This document shows, piece after piece, positions 13,561-24,619 of a stretch of 64,000 bases of DNA. Under the pieces are notes generated by a model, which saw nothing but the letters and a program-made list of their open reading frames with translations, did not search any database and was not told the DNA's origin. This stretch comes from Mobula hypostoma (taxonomy: Eukaryota): the NCBI RefSeq assembly GCF_963921235.1, contig NC_086101.1, positions 163,928,001 to 163,992,000 on the forward strand, read 5' to 3'. The position numbers and the translations under genes were made by a program. The first letter of the stretch is position 1. Each line of letters opens with the position of its first letter.

Positions 13561-13584
13561 TAAAAAAAAAAAAAAAAAAAAAAA
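13561..13584 (+). repeat. poly(A) run of about 23 nt
   Basis: Direct reading. Confidence 0.9.
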
Positions 13585-13779
13585 TCTCATGCTATCTAAT
13601 GACCAGCTATCTTTGGAGGCGGCAGCAAAGAAATTAACAAGAAAACACAAAGTAAAATAAAGAAAAAGAAGCTTAGAGATAAACTGCACCAACTTAACTT
13701 CAAAATAAAGCCTAGAGGCCAAATTGCATCTTCAGACTCTATAAATTGAGCTTAGGCCAATTTACCAATGCTTCAGATT

Positions 13780-16430
13780 ATCAGAATCGGGCTTATTCTT
13801 ACTGACTTGTGTTTCATGAAATTTGTTGTTTTGTGGCAGCAGCATAGTGCAAAAACATAAAATTACTGCACATTACAAAATAAATGAATAACAAAGTTAT
13901 GGGTTCATGGATCATTCAGAAATCTGATAATGGAGGAGAAGTTGTTCATTGATTATGGATCTTCAGATTCCAGTACCTCCTCTCTGACGAAAGTAATGGA
14001 AACAGGTCATATCCTGAACGGTGAGGATCCTTAGTTATGACATCTTCTTGAAGTACCACCTCTTGAAGATGTCCTCTGGTGGGGGGGTTGTGCCCATGAT
14101 GGAGTTGGATAGGCCTACAACTCCCTGCTGCCTCTTGTGATCCTGTGCAATGATGCCTCCACACCAGGCTGGATGCTCTCCATCATTCATCTGCGGAAAT
14201 TTGCAAGAGAATTTGGTGATGTGTCAAATCTCCTCAAACTCCTATTGATGCAGAGTCACTGCCCTACCTCCTGCATCATTGCATCAACAATTGGGTACTT
14301 AAGAGATCCTCTGAGATGTTGATGGCTAGGAACTTTGAGCTGGTCACCTTTTCTAGAACCGACCCCTCAGTGTGGATTGGTGTGTGTTCTTCCAACTTCC
14401 CCTTTCTGAAGTCCACAGTCAATTCCTTGGTCTGGCTGACATTGAGTGTGAGGTGGTTGTTGTGAAACAACTCAACCAACAATCTGTCTCAGTCCTGTAT
14501 ACCACCTCTTCGCCATCTGAAATCAGAATTGGATTGAATGTCACTGGCATATGTCATGAAATTTGTTGCTTTGTGGCAGCAGTATGCTGCAATACATTGT
14601 AAAAACTGTAAATTACAATAAGAAATATATTTTTAAAAGTCTATAAGCAAAAGATTCTATAAACAACAGTGGTGTCATTGGCAAATTTATAGATGGCATT
14701 TTAAGCTTTGTTTAGTCAAGTTTATTGTCACTTAACTATATACAATGTATATAACCAGATAATGTATATAGAAATGAGACAACATTTTCTAGATCCAGGG
14801 TGTAAAGCAGAGTAGTACATATAACACACAAAACTTATAAACATAAGGGTAAAATCTACAGAATCTTACTTGAATAACAAACTAAAGTGCATTAATATTA
14901 AATCTTGTCAGGTACAAAACAGATTAACCAGTGGCACTTCAAATACGATGCAGTAAGGAGTTCAGAAACCTAATGGCTTGGAGGAAGAAACTGTTTCACA
15001 TCCTGACCATTCTACGATGCATAAAAATAAGCCTCCTGCCTGAGGATAGAAAGTCAAAGAAGATACTGGATGGATATGGATGGGTGGGATCCTTAATAAT
15101 ACTGATGGCCCTGGGTATGCAGCGCTCCTGATAAGTGTCTCCGATGGGTGGGAGGGAGACCCCTGTGATCCTCTCAGCTGTTCTCACAGACCTTTGTAGG
15201 GACTTTAGGTCCAATGCTCAACTGCTCCCATACCAGATAGAAATGCAACTTGTCAGGATGCTCTCAACGGTGCTCCTGTAAAACGCTGCTAAGATTGGGG
15301 GTGGGGGAGGATGGTAGGAGCCTTGTTTGCCATAATCTTAGGAAGAGGAGGCACTGCAGTGCTTTCCTGTTCAGGGAGGTGATATTAAGGACCAGATGAG
15401 GTCATCCGTGATATGAACTCCCAGGAACTTGGTGCATTTAACTCTCTCTATGGAGGAGCCATGTGTTCGCAGAAGGGGTTGGTTCGTCAGCACCTTCCTA
15501 AAGTCCACAATGATTTCCCTCGTCTTCTCAACGTTCAGGCTTAGGTTGTTCTTCTCACATCAATCCACCAGTCGCTCCAATTCCTCTCTATATGTCATTG
15601 TTCTTGATGAGGCCAGCCACTGTTGTGTCATCTGCAGACTTGATGACATGGTTTGAGCTGGATCCTGCGACACAGTCATGCCTCAGCAGCGTGAAGAGCA
15701 GCGGACTGAGCACACAGCCTTGGGGAGCGCAAGTGCCTAGCGTAATGGGACGAGAGACATTGCTGCCCACGCAGACTAACTGTGGCCTTACTGTTAAGAA
15801 GTCCAGTATCTAATTGCAGAGAGAGGTGTTGAGACCCAGCAAGGACAGTTTCCCCACCACTTTCTGGGATTCAATGGTGTTGAACCTCAAACTAAAGTCT
15901 ATAAACAGCAGTCTGGTGTACAAGTCCCTGTCTTCCAGGTGGGACAGGACAGAGTGCAGGCAGAGGCTATTGCATTGTCAGTGGATCGATTAGAGTGATA
16001 AGAGAACTGGAAAAGGTCCAATGTAGCCAGGAGAAAGCCTTTAATGTGCTTCATGAGTGTAAAGAGAATAGAGCAGTGGGCTAAGCACGCACCTGTGTTA
16101 ATTGTGAGCTAGGAGGAAACATTATTACTGACCTGCGCTGACTCTGGTCTCCTGATAATGAAGATGAGCCAGTTGCAGAAGAAGGTATGAAGGCTTTTTT
16201 TTTTAACCTTGTTGATTGATACTTAAGGGATGATGATGTTTAATGCTCCGCTGCAATCAGTAAACAGCAGCCTAGCATAGGTTCTGCAGTTGTTTAGTGT
16301 TCCAAAGTAGAGTGAAGAACCAGTGAAATTGCATCTGCTGTAGAACTGTTGTGGCAGTAAGCAAATTGCTTTGAGTCCAGATCATTGCTCAGGCAGGGGT
16401 TAATTCTGGATATAAACAACCTCTCAAAGT
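13780..16430 (-). mobile_element. Rex1/Babar-type LINE relic interrupted by nested insertions
   Basis: NNHLTLNVSQTKELTVDFRK (14276-14482); host RT resumes at ~16060 after the nested copy; extra tail fragment at 14520-14640. Confidence 0.8.
14715..16050 (-). mobile_element. Younger Rex1/Babar-type LINE nested in the previous element
   Basis: APQGCVLSPLLF.L..HDC...KSADDTT (15588-15770); LQRSVRTAERITG.SLP (14996-15214). Confidence 0.85.
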
Positions 16431-16869
16431 TTGGATCACTTAAAAGATGTTACCCAAAGAATGTTTCATAAGTTTGATGGTGCATACAGGACAACATTGC
16501 AGTAGATTCTGCACTGAGCTGTTAGTTGAACAGCAGCAGGGCAATAGAAGAAGACTAAGTTGGAAGGGAGAAGGGGTTGCTCAAAAGAAAATCAATCCAA
16601 GGAGTCAAATCTACTGAATCTGGTGCTAATTGTCCATTGGAATTCAGAATGCAGGTATGGCCATGGTAGCTATTGCTGGAATGGACTTTGAGCCAAACTG
16701 ACACTACAGGCCGGATTTAAGCAGCATGGCCTGGGCCCGAGAGTGGAAAACGAACCAGTGTTTAGCCAGTTTAAGCACCCAGCCAGATTAAAAAGATCCA
16801 GGTATTGAGGCCGAGAGTAAAGGGCGAACCGGTGTTCAGCTCATTCCCCCATGAGGCTTTACACACCTC

Positions 16870-17015
16870 TGCGCTGAACTGGCTCTGTGGCCTGCGGCCT
16901 GCTGCTTGCTGCTATCAGGCTCTGGAACTGGCTGCAGCCCTGAACTGGCTCTGTGGCTGTGGCCTGCAGCCACCAGGCTGCAGGACCGGCTACAGCACTG
17001 AACTGGCTCTGTAGC
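16870..17015 (+). repeat. Short imperfect tandem repeat CTGAACTGGCTCTGTGGC, 3-4 copies, within an unclassified repeat (~16650-17040)
   Basis: Units near 16874, 16940, 16998. Confidence 0.75.
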
Positions 17016-18674
17016 AGTGGACTCACTTTTGGAGATTGTTGTCCAGTTAGCCTGGACCTCTGGGTTAGTAGCTTGGTCAGCTGCCATGACAGCACAGCCA
17101 ACCCCTACGTGTATGGCCTCAGTGGCTGGTTGTGAGAGCCAATCAGCCACGGCATTATTTTTCTCCTTGATATGTTGTGTACCAGTTGTGACCTCAGATA
17201 GAAGGCCAAGTGGCATTGCCCTCATGCAGACCAAGGGTCTCCTCTTTTGGCCATCGCATGCACGAGGGGTTTGTGGTCAACAAACGCTGTGAAATTGCAA
17301 CCCGCCAGAAGAAAATGAGAATGACAGACGGCCTGATAGATCGAGAAGCTCACGGTCAAACATGCTGTATTTCCTTTCAGGGGGACAGAGTTGGCGGCTG
17401 AAGAGGGTGAATGGCTGCCATGTGCCTCCGGCCAACTGTTTATGCACAGTACCCACAGCATAGTCTGAGGCATCTGTAGTAATGGCTATGGGTGTGTTGA
17501 GGAGCAGATGTGCCAATAGGGTCGCGTTGGAAAGAGCATATTTGGTATCATCAAATTCCCTGGTCAAGTCCACTGACCAATCAAGCACTTGATTAGGGGT
17601 ACTGCACACTGTACAGGGGAAGCGTGAGTTCAGCGGCTCGCAGGATGAAACGGTGATAGAAATTTACCGTACTCAAAGCAGAGTCATTGACAAATTTAGC
17701 GTATTTGACAGTTGTTGTGGGGAACTTGCTGGGGCAGCAGGGTAACGACCCAAAGCCCTTGATATCCACAAGCTGGCAGTCCTTATTATCAACTAACAGT
17801 CCTTGGGCACACAGGAGATCTTCACTGAGCAGAGGCCTGCTCACGTTAGCCAGGATGAAGTCCCATGTGTAACATTGCCCACTGAAGCTGAGCATCACCC
17901 GCTGTGTTGCATACGTCTGGATCCTACTGCTGTTGGCAGCCTCCAGCAAGGTTTCGTCGCTCTTTGCCTTCTCGTCAATAGGCGATGCTGGCAGCTGGAA
18001 CCCACTGTGTTCACAGACCACTGATGCCCCAATGCGCTGGCACTGTCGAAGCTGCAAGGTGGCACTTCCTAGTGTTCATACCAAAGTGGCCGTGGTCTGT
18101 TTCACAGCCGTGGGCGTCCTTATTTGGGGGAGTTGCTGACTGGGCCTGTTGATGTAGAGAAAGGAGGACTGATGCACCACTGCCTAGCTGAGTGTAAACT
18201 ATCATCCATGTCAGCAAGATCCTTATAGTCCTTTATGGGTGTGAACTTGATCATGGGCTATCCGAACTTGTTCAGGCATCTTTAAAAATAAAACAAGGGT
18301 GGTGATTTCCCAGGAATGACAGCATGTGACCCATTAGCTCTGAAGGCCTAGCATCGCTGAGACTGGGTGAGGATAGCAACTGTTTGGCACACTCAGACTC
18401 CGATAGTCCAAACGTCTGAAAAAGGTGGGTTTTCAGCAATCGGTATTAATTGGGTTCAGGCAGGTGTTCAACCAGACTCTCCAGTCTGGCTGCTGTGGAA
18501 TTACTAAGCAATGCTACCATGTCGTAGAGTTTGGTCTTGTCGGCAGTGATTTCTCATGGAGCAAACTAAGCCTCAACTTATACAAACCAAGCGATGGCAT
18601 TTTGCTCCCAAAACCCCACCAGTTTCAAATAGACCTCATTGGCCAACGTGTTCAATAACTCTGGAATTGTCCCG

Positions 18675-18692
18675 ATACGTTGGGATCACGAA
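18675..18692 (-). promoter_or_regulatory. Degenerate primer-binding site (tRNA-Trp type)
   Basis: - strand TTCGTGATCCCAACGTAT compared with TGGTGACCCCGACGTGAT, the complement of the tRNA-Trp 3' end. Confidence 0.6.
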
Positions 18693-18905
18693 TGTAGGAT
18701 TTTGCAAATAAAACAAAGTGAAGCCTTTTGTGTTTAATGAAACTCATAATGTATCTTATTGAACTCCAAAGCCTAAACACAAAAGTGCGCTAAAAATCTT
18801 TATGTAATGATGCCATCACATCAGACCAGCCTCTTAACGAGAAACTCCAACTCAATGTTGATGATTGTGAATTACGTACATTTCTCCCAATTACATTACC
18901 CTACA
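18693..18905 (-). repeat. Gypsy 5' LTR (~213 bp)
   Basis: TGTAGG...CCTACA inverted termini, directly followed on - by a PBS-like sequence. Confidence 0.75.
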
Positions 18906-19180
18906 CTCTGACTTGCACATGATCCCTGACTAAAAGCAATGTGTTTGACTCTTCATTTCCTTCTGATCAAGAGCAATTAGGGATTAGCAATAAATTCTAG
19001 CCTAACAATATCCAGAGTGAATAATTTAAAAAATTGTCAGTACACGGTCTCTCTGTGGTAATGAAACAGTTTCAGTATCATATATATCTAGACTCCACAT
19101 TAATCTTCCACTTGTAAATGCCATTCTTATCCTTCATCTGTGCTGAAACTTTTCTGATGTCATGCTATGACCATTCTGGT

Positions 19181-21042
19181 CAATAGACAATAGGTGCAGG
19201 AGTAGGCCATTAGGCCCTTTGAGCCAGCACCGCCATTCACTGTGATCATCCACAATCAGTATCCAGTTCCTGCCTTATCCCCATAACCTTTGATTCCGCT
19301 ATCTTTAAGAGCTCTATCCATCTCTTTCTTGAAAGCATCCAGAGACTTGGCCTCCACTGCCTTCTGGGGCAGAGCATTCCACATATCCACCACTCTCTGG
19401 GTGAAAAAAGTTTTTCCTCAACTCCATTCTAAATGGTCTACCCCTTATTCTTAAACTGTGGCCTCTGGTTCTGGACTCACCCATCAGCGGGAACATGCTT
19501 CCTGCCTCCAGGGTGTCCAATCCCTTAATAATCTTATATGTTTCAATCAGATCCCCTCTTATCCTTCTAAGTTCCAGTGTATACAAACCCAGTCACTCCA
19601 ATCTCTCAACACATGACAGTCCCGCCATCCCGGGAATTAACCTTGTGAACCTACGCTGCACTCCCTCAATAGCAAGAATGTCCCTCCTCAAATTTGGAGA
19701 CCAAAACTGCACACAATACTCCAGGTGGGGTCTCACTAGGGCCTTGTACAACTGCAGAAGGACCTCTTTGCTCCTATACTCAACTCCCCTTGTTATGATG
19801 GCTAATGTATGCCATTAGCTTTCTTCACTGCTTGCTGTACCTGCATGCTTGCTTTCAGTGACTGATGTACAAGAACACCTAGATCTTGTTGTGCTTTCCC
19901 TTTTCCTAACTTGACTCCATTTAGATAATAATCTGCCTTCCTGTTCTTACCACCAAAATGGATAACCTCACATTTATCCACATTAAACTGCATCTGCCAT
20001 GTATCTGCCCACTCACCTGGCCTGTCCAAGTCACCCTGCATTCTCATGACATCCTCCTCACATTTCACACTGCCTCCCAGCTTTGTGTCATCGGCAAATT
20101 TGCTAATGTTACTTTTAATTCCCTCATCTAAATCATTAATATATATTGTAAACAGCTGCGGTCCCAGCACTGAACCCTGCGGTACCCCACTGGTCACCGC
20201 CTGCCATTCTGAAAGGGACCTGTTAATCGCTACTCTGTTTTCTGGCAGCCAGCCAATTTTCAAACCATGTCAGTACTCTGCCCCCAATTTTGCCCACATC
20301 TCCTATGTGGGACTTTATCAAAGGCTTTCTGAAAGTCCAGGTACATTACATCCACTGGCTCTCCCTTGTCCATTTTCATAGTTTCATCCTCAAAAAATTT
20401 CAGAAGATTAGTCAAGCACGATTTCCCCTTCGTAAATCCATGCTGACTTGGACCAATCCTGTTACTACTATCCAAATGTGTCATAATTTCATCTTTTATA
20501 ATTGACTCCAGCATCTTTCCCACCACCGACGTCAGGCTAACCGGTCTATAATTCCCTGTTTTCTCTCTTCCTCCCTTCTTGAAGAGAGGGACAATATTAG
20601 CCACCCTCCAATCCACAGGAACTGATCCTGAATCTATAGAACATTGGAAAATGATTACCAATGCGTCCGCGATTTCTAAAGCGACCTCCTTAAGTACCCT
20701 GGGATGCAGACCATCAGGTCCTATGGACTTATCAGCCTTCAGACCCAACAGCCTATCCAAGACCAATTCCTGACCAATATAAATTTCCTTCAATTCATCC
20801 ATTATCCTAGGTCTTTTAGCCACTATTACATCTGGGAGATTGTTTGTGTCTTCCCTAGTGAAGACAGATCCAAAGTACCTGTTCAACTCGCCTGCCATTT
20901 CCTTGTTCCCCATAATAAATTCACCCGCTTCTGTCTTCAAGGGCCCAATTTTGGTCTTAACTATTTTTTTCCTTCTCACATACCTAAAGAAGCTTTTACT
21001 ATCCTCCTTTATATTCTTGACTAGTTTACCTTCGTACCTCAT
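19181..21042 (-). mobile_element. 5'-truncated CR1 (subfamily A), inverted near-copy of 1457-3321
   Basis: RT ORFs 20260-21063 and 19802-20263; same tail; TSD TGGTC at 19177-19181 and 21042-21046. Confidence 0.95.
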
Positions 21043-22019
21043 GGTCCTGGGGCTATCCTGCAAGGATGGCCCTTTGCTCTAGAATTACAAATATGAAGGA
21101 GGCAATTTGACATATCATGTCTGCATTGGCATTTTCTCCAAGGTGCTCTTGGCTCTAGCCCGAACAGTTCTTTCACTGAACTACGTGATTTAAGGAAATT
21201 GTGTCTCATCCATTGCAATGTGGTCGGATTAGCTTTTTCACTGATCTGACAAATCATGCTTTTGAGATTATGTCAAATAACCCTTTTCTTCTGTGAAACC
21301 AAGAATTCAGTTTCTGTCATGACTTAATTACAGGATTCTTTATGGAAATCCCAGAAATTTTTGCCTGATATCCCTCCGGATTTCAATGCTACAAGGCTAA
21401 TTTTAAAGCTGTTTATAAAGTTACCGGACCACAGCGTTATTGACTGTTTTTCGCTGCAGTACCACTGATGTTTTTGAACTTGTGTGTGAGGACTTGAGGT
21501 ATCTGCTCACTGGGTTTATCTGTTAGATCGTTTATATCCAGAAAGTAGACCTACTGGCGTCTGTTCTTATACATGGTTTACACCAAAAAGCAAATTTTGT
21601 CCCTTTGAAGTGATCCTGTCCATTTCCAGTAAAAGTTATGTTCCATGGGAAATTGGACCTGGCAGGCCCTTAACATTGTTCATTTGGTCTGACTTGCCTG
21701 TTATATTTACCTCAACAACATATATGACTTCATTTAATTATCTAATGAGAGGAAATCACATGAAAATGTCACAACCTGTAATCTTCGCAATTAATAACAA
21801 CAAAACGAAAATGTTGTACTAAAAGGAATGAACCATGCAATACTTAATTTTTCCCCGAAGATATTGCTTTCACAGCGAAATAGTCCACCTGTGAATTCTA
21901 TATTAGAAAACAAATTTGTGCTGGAGGCCTTCTGCAAAATCAGATTTGCCAGCCCAGACTGACTGGGGTCTGCAAGTGAGGAAATCAAGAATCCAATTTC
22001 ACAAGGAGGTATTGAGGTC

Positions 22020-23050
22020 ATGGTCACTGATACCTTTAACCTCTTAGATAGTCTGATCTACCCACCTGCTTGAAGCAGGCTTCAATTATACCAAGCTTAT
22101 TGATTAGTCTTGAGGGGATAATAGTATTGAATGCCCGGCTGTAGTCAGTGAAGAGCATCCTGATGTGTGCACTTTCACGTCCAGATGTTTCAGGGTTGAG
22201 TGAAGAGCCTATGAAATGGCATCTGCAGTGGTCCTGTTGTGCCGGTAGGCAAATTGGGGTGAGTCCAAGTCGCTTCTCAGGCAGGTGTTGATATGTTTCA
22301 TCACCAACCTCTCAAAGCTCTTAATCACTGTGGATACAATTGCTACTGGACGATAGCCATTGTCCAGTGGGGACCATTAGAGTCACTGGTATAATTGAAG
22401 CCTGCTTGAAGCAGGTGGGTACCTCAGGCTGCCTAAGCAAGAGTTTAAAGATATCGGTGAACACTGCAAACTGTTTGATCAGCATAGGTCTTTGGTGCTC
22501 GGCCAGGAACCTTATCTGGCCATTTGACCCATTCAGTCTGTCCCTCCATTACAACGTGGTTGATTTCAAGACTCAAGATTGTTTAATGTCATGTCCAGTA
22601 CACAAGTGTTTGTTACTCTGGATCTGATACAGCACAAAAAAACAGTAAGACAAAGAACACATCATAAGAAAAAAAACACAATAAATATAAAGTAGCTTAT
22701 ATTCATAGATTGATTTATGTCTATAAAGTGATGCCAGGGACAGAAGTGTCTGTACATAAGGTGACTTTGACAGGGAATTATACAGTAGCGTCGGTTGGGG
22801 GTGTGGAGGTGGGGATCAGTGGGTGGTGTTGTTGGTCAGCCTTACTGCTTGTGGAAAGTAACTGTTTTTGAGTCTGGCAGTCCTGGTGTAGTTGTTTCAT
22901 AGCCTCCTCCCTGATGGGAATAGGACAAACAGTCCATGAGCAGGATGGGTGGGACCTTCATTACATTGTTGCTCTTTCTCTAGCACCTTTCTGTATATGC
23001 GTCCTTGATGGTGGGTAGGCTGCTGCCGGTGTTGCATTGAGCAGTTTTGA
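22020..23050 (-). mobile_element. Rex1/Babar-type LINE fragments (RT piece 22095-22520; separate 3' piece 22560-23050)
   Basis: VPTCFKQASIIPV on -; 3' UTR and LLPSGRR-like region. Confidence 0.7.
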
Positions 23051-23096
23051 CTACCCTCTCAACCCCATTATCCCACCTTCTCCCTGTGCCATTTGA

Positions 23097-23199
23097 ACGC
23101 AGCATGCCAGGCAGCATCTATAGGAAGAGGTACAGTCGACCTCCTTTGTGTGTGGGTTGCTTGAATTTCCAGCATTTGCAGATTTCCTCGTGTTTGTCA
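23097..23199. mobile_element. Penelope-derived mini-element (inverted halves, ribozyme core deleted) inserted in a CR1 3' end
   Basis: Homologous to 33500-33638 and 35531-35850; TSD TCCCTGTGCCAT(T/C)TGA at 23081-23096 and 23200-23215. Confidence 0.8.
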
Positions 23200-24099
23200 T
23201 CCCTGTGCCATCTGATGCCTTTACCAATCAAGAACCTATCAACCTCCACTCTAAATATACCCAATAACTTGGCCTCCAAAGCCATCCGTGGCAATGAATT
23301 CCACAGATTCACCATCCTCTGGCTAAGGAAATTCCTCCTCATCGAATGAATGCTGTTCTTGACATTTCTCCACTGTTGACTGTGCCTGCCATGGGGTAGA
23401 GAGGGGCTTCTGAGGTGTGGAGCAGGTGAAGCATATTTGATGAACGATATTTGGGCCTTCACCTCAGCAGGAAATGCAAGGACTGAAGCAGGGTGAGGGG
23501 TGGGATGGATGATTGGTCAGGAGCTGGTGATAGGAAGTGATGACTGGTCAAAGTTGGCTTCAAGACAAAGCTTGATTGTGCCCCATCCTCCACCCTTAAC
23601 ATTCATTCCATCTTGCACCTGTGTACTATGTCTGCAATGTATACTTGCTACAGCTCTATTGCATTTACTAACCTTGGCTTCTTCAAAACATGCAACATTT
23701 CCCACCGCAAAAGAGCAGAAGGTGCAGACCAACTCCACCACTTGGGTGTTCTCTTTCAAGTGCTGAAACATCTTCATATCTTGTTGGTCTTTCACTACTG
23801 GGTCTATGTTCTGGCACTCTCAACTGAACAGCATTAAGGGAGAACTTCCCCAGGAGAACAACAGCTGTTCAAGAGGCTGGCTGGCCACCACTTCTCTCAG
23901 GCAATGGTGTTGGGTCGTAAATGTAGAATACTGAGTGACACCCAGATTCTGAAAGGTCATGAAGCATGGAAATGGGGCCCTTTGGCCCACAGTATCTGTG
24001 CCAGCCATTCAATAATAGGTCCTTTTTTGTGCACTTAGCTCATTGCTTTATAACTCACCTTTAACGATGTGAGATGTGGAAACTCAAATGTGCATTTCT

Positions 24100-24515
24100 G
24101 AATCAGAATCAGGTTTGTTATCCCCGACATATGTTGTGTAATTTGTTGTTGTGAGGCAGCAGTACAGTGCAAGACATAAGTTACTGTAAATTGCATTAAA
24201 AGATTAAAAAATGCAAAAGAGGAATATTGATGTACAGTAGTATTCACAGACCGTTCAGAAATCTGATGGCAGAGGGAAAGAAGCCATTTCTGAAATCTTG
24301 AGTGTGATTTTTCAGGCTCTTTGCCACCTTCCTGATGGTAGTAATGTGAGGAGGCATGTTCTGGTTGGTGAGGCAGTTTAGTGGTAGATGTGGCCTTGAG
24401 GCACTGCCATTTGACAATGCCCTCAGTTGTCCCCGTGATGGAGCTGGCCGAGTGCAGGACCCACTCCAGACTTTTGATCCCTACTAGGATGTGATGCAAC
24501 CATTCAGAATGCTCA
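24100..24515 (-). mobile_element. Rex1/Babar-type LINE 3' end with (CTGATT)n tail
   Basis: AATCAGAATCAGG tail; ACCTTCCTGATGG motif. Confidence 0.75.
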
Positions 24516-24517
24516 AA

Positions 24518-24618
24518 GCAACACACACAATGCTGGAGGAACTCAGCAGGTCAGGCAGCATCTATGGAAATGAATGGATTGTTGACGTTTCAGGCTGAGA
24601 CCCTTCATCAGGACTGAG
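24518..24618 (-). mobile_element. Penelope-derived fragment containing a hammerhead core
   Basis: - strand CAGTC CTGATGA AGGGTCTCAGCCT GAAA CGTC; helix I partner degraded. Confidence 0.8.
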
Positions 24619-24619
24619 A

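Larger units (their letters stand above)
17040..18905 (-). mobile_element. Gypsy/Ty3 LTR retrotransposon relic: 5' LTR, gag, protease, RNase H; RT core and integrase missing
   Basis: RNase H TTDASDYAVG...FSRQL.PPERKYSMFDRELL; FVDHKPL; NAVADWLS; protease-region WDFILANVSRPLL..D.L; gag LKL..FW.....WF..VEA.F. Confidence 0.9.
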
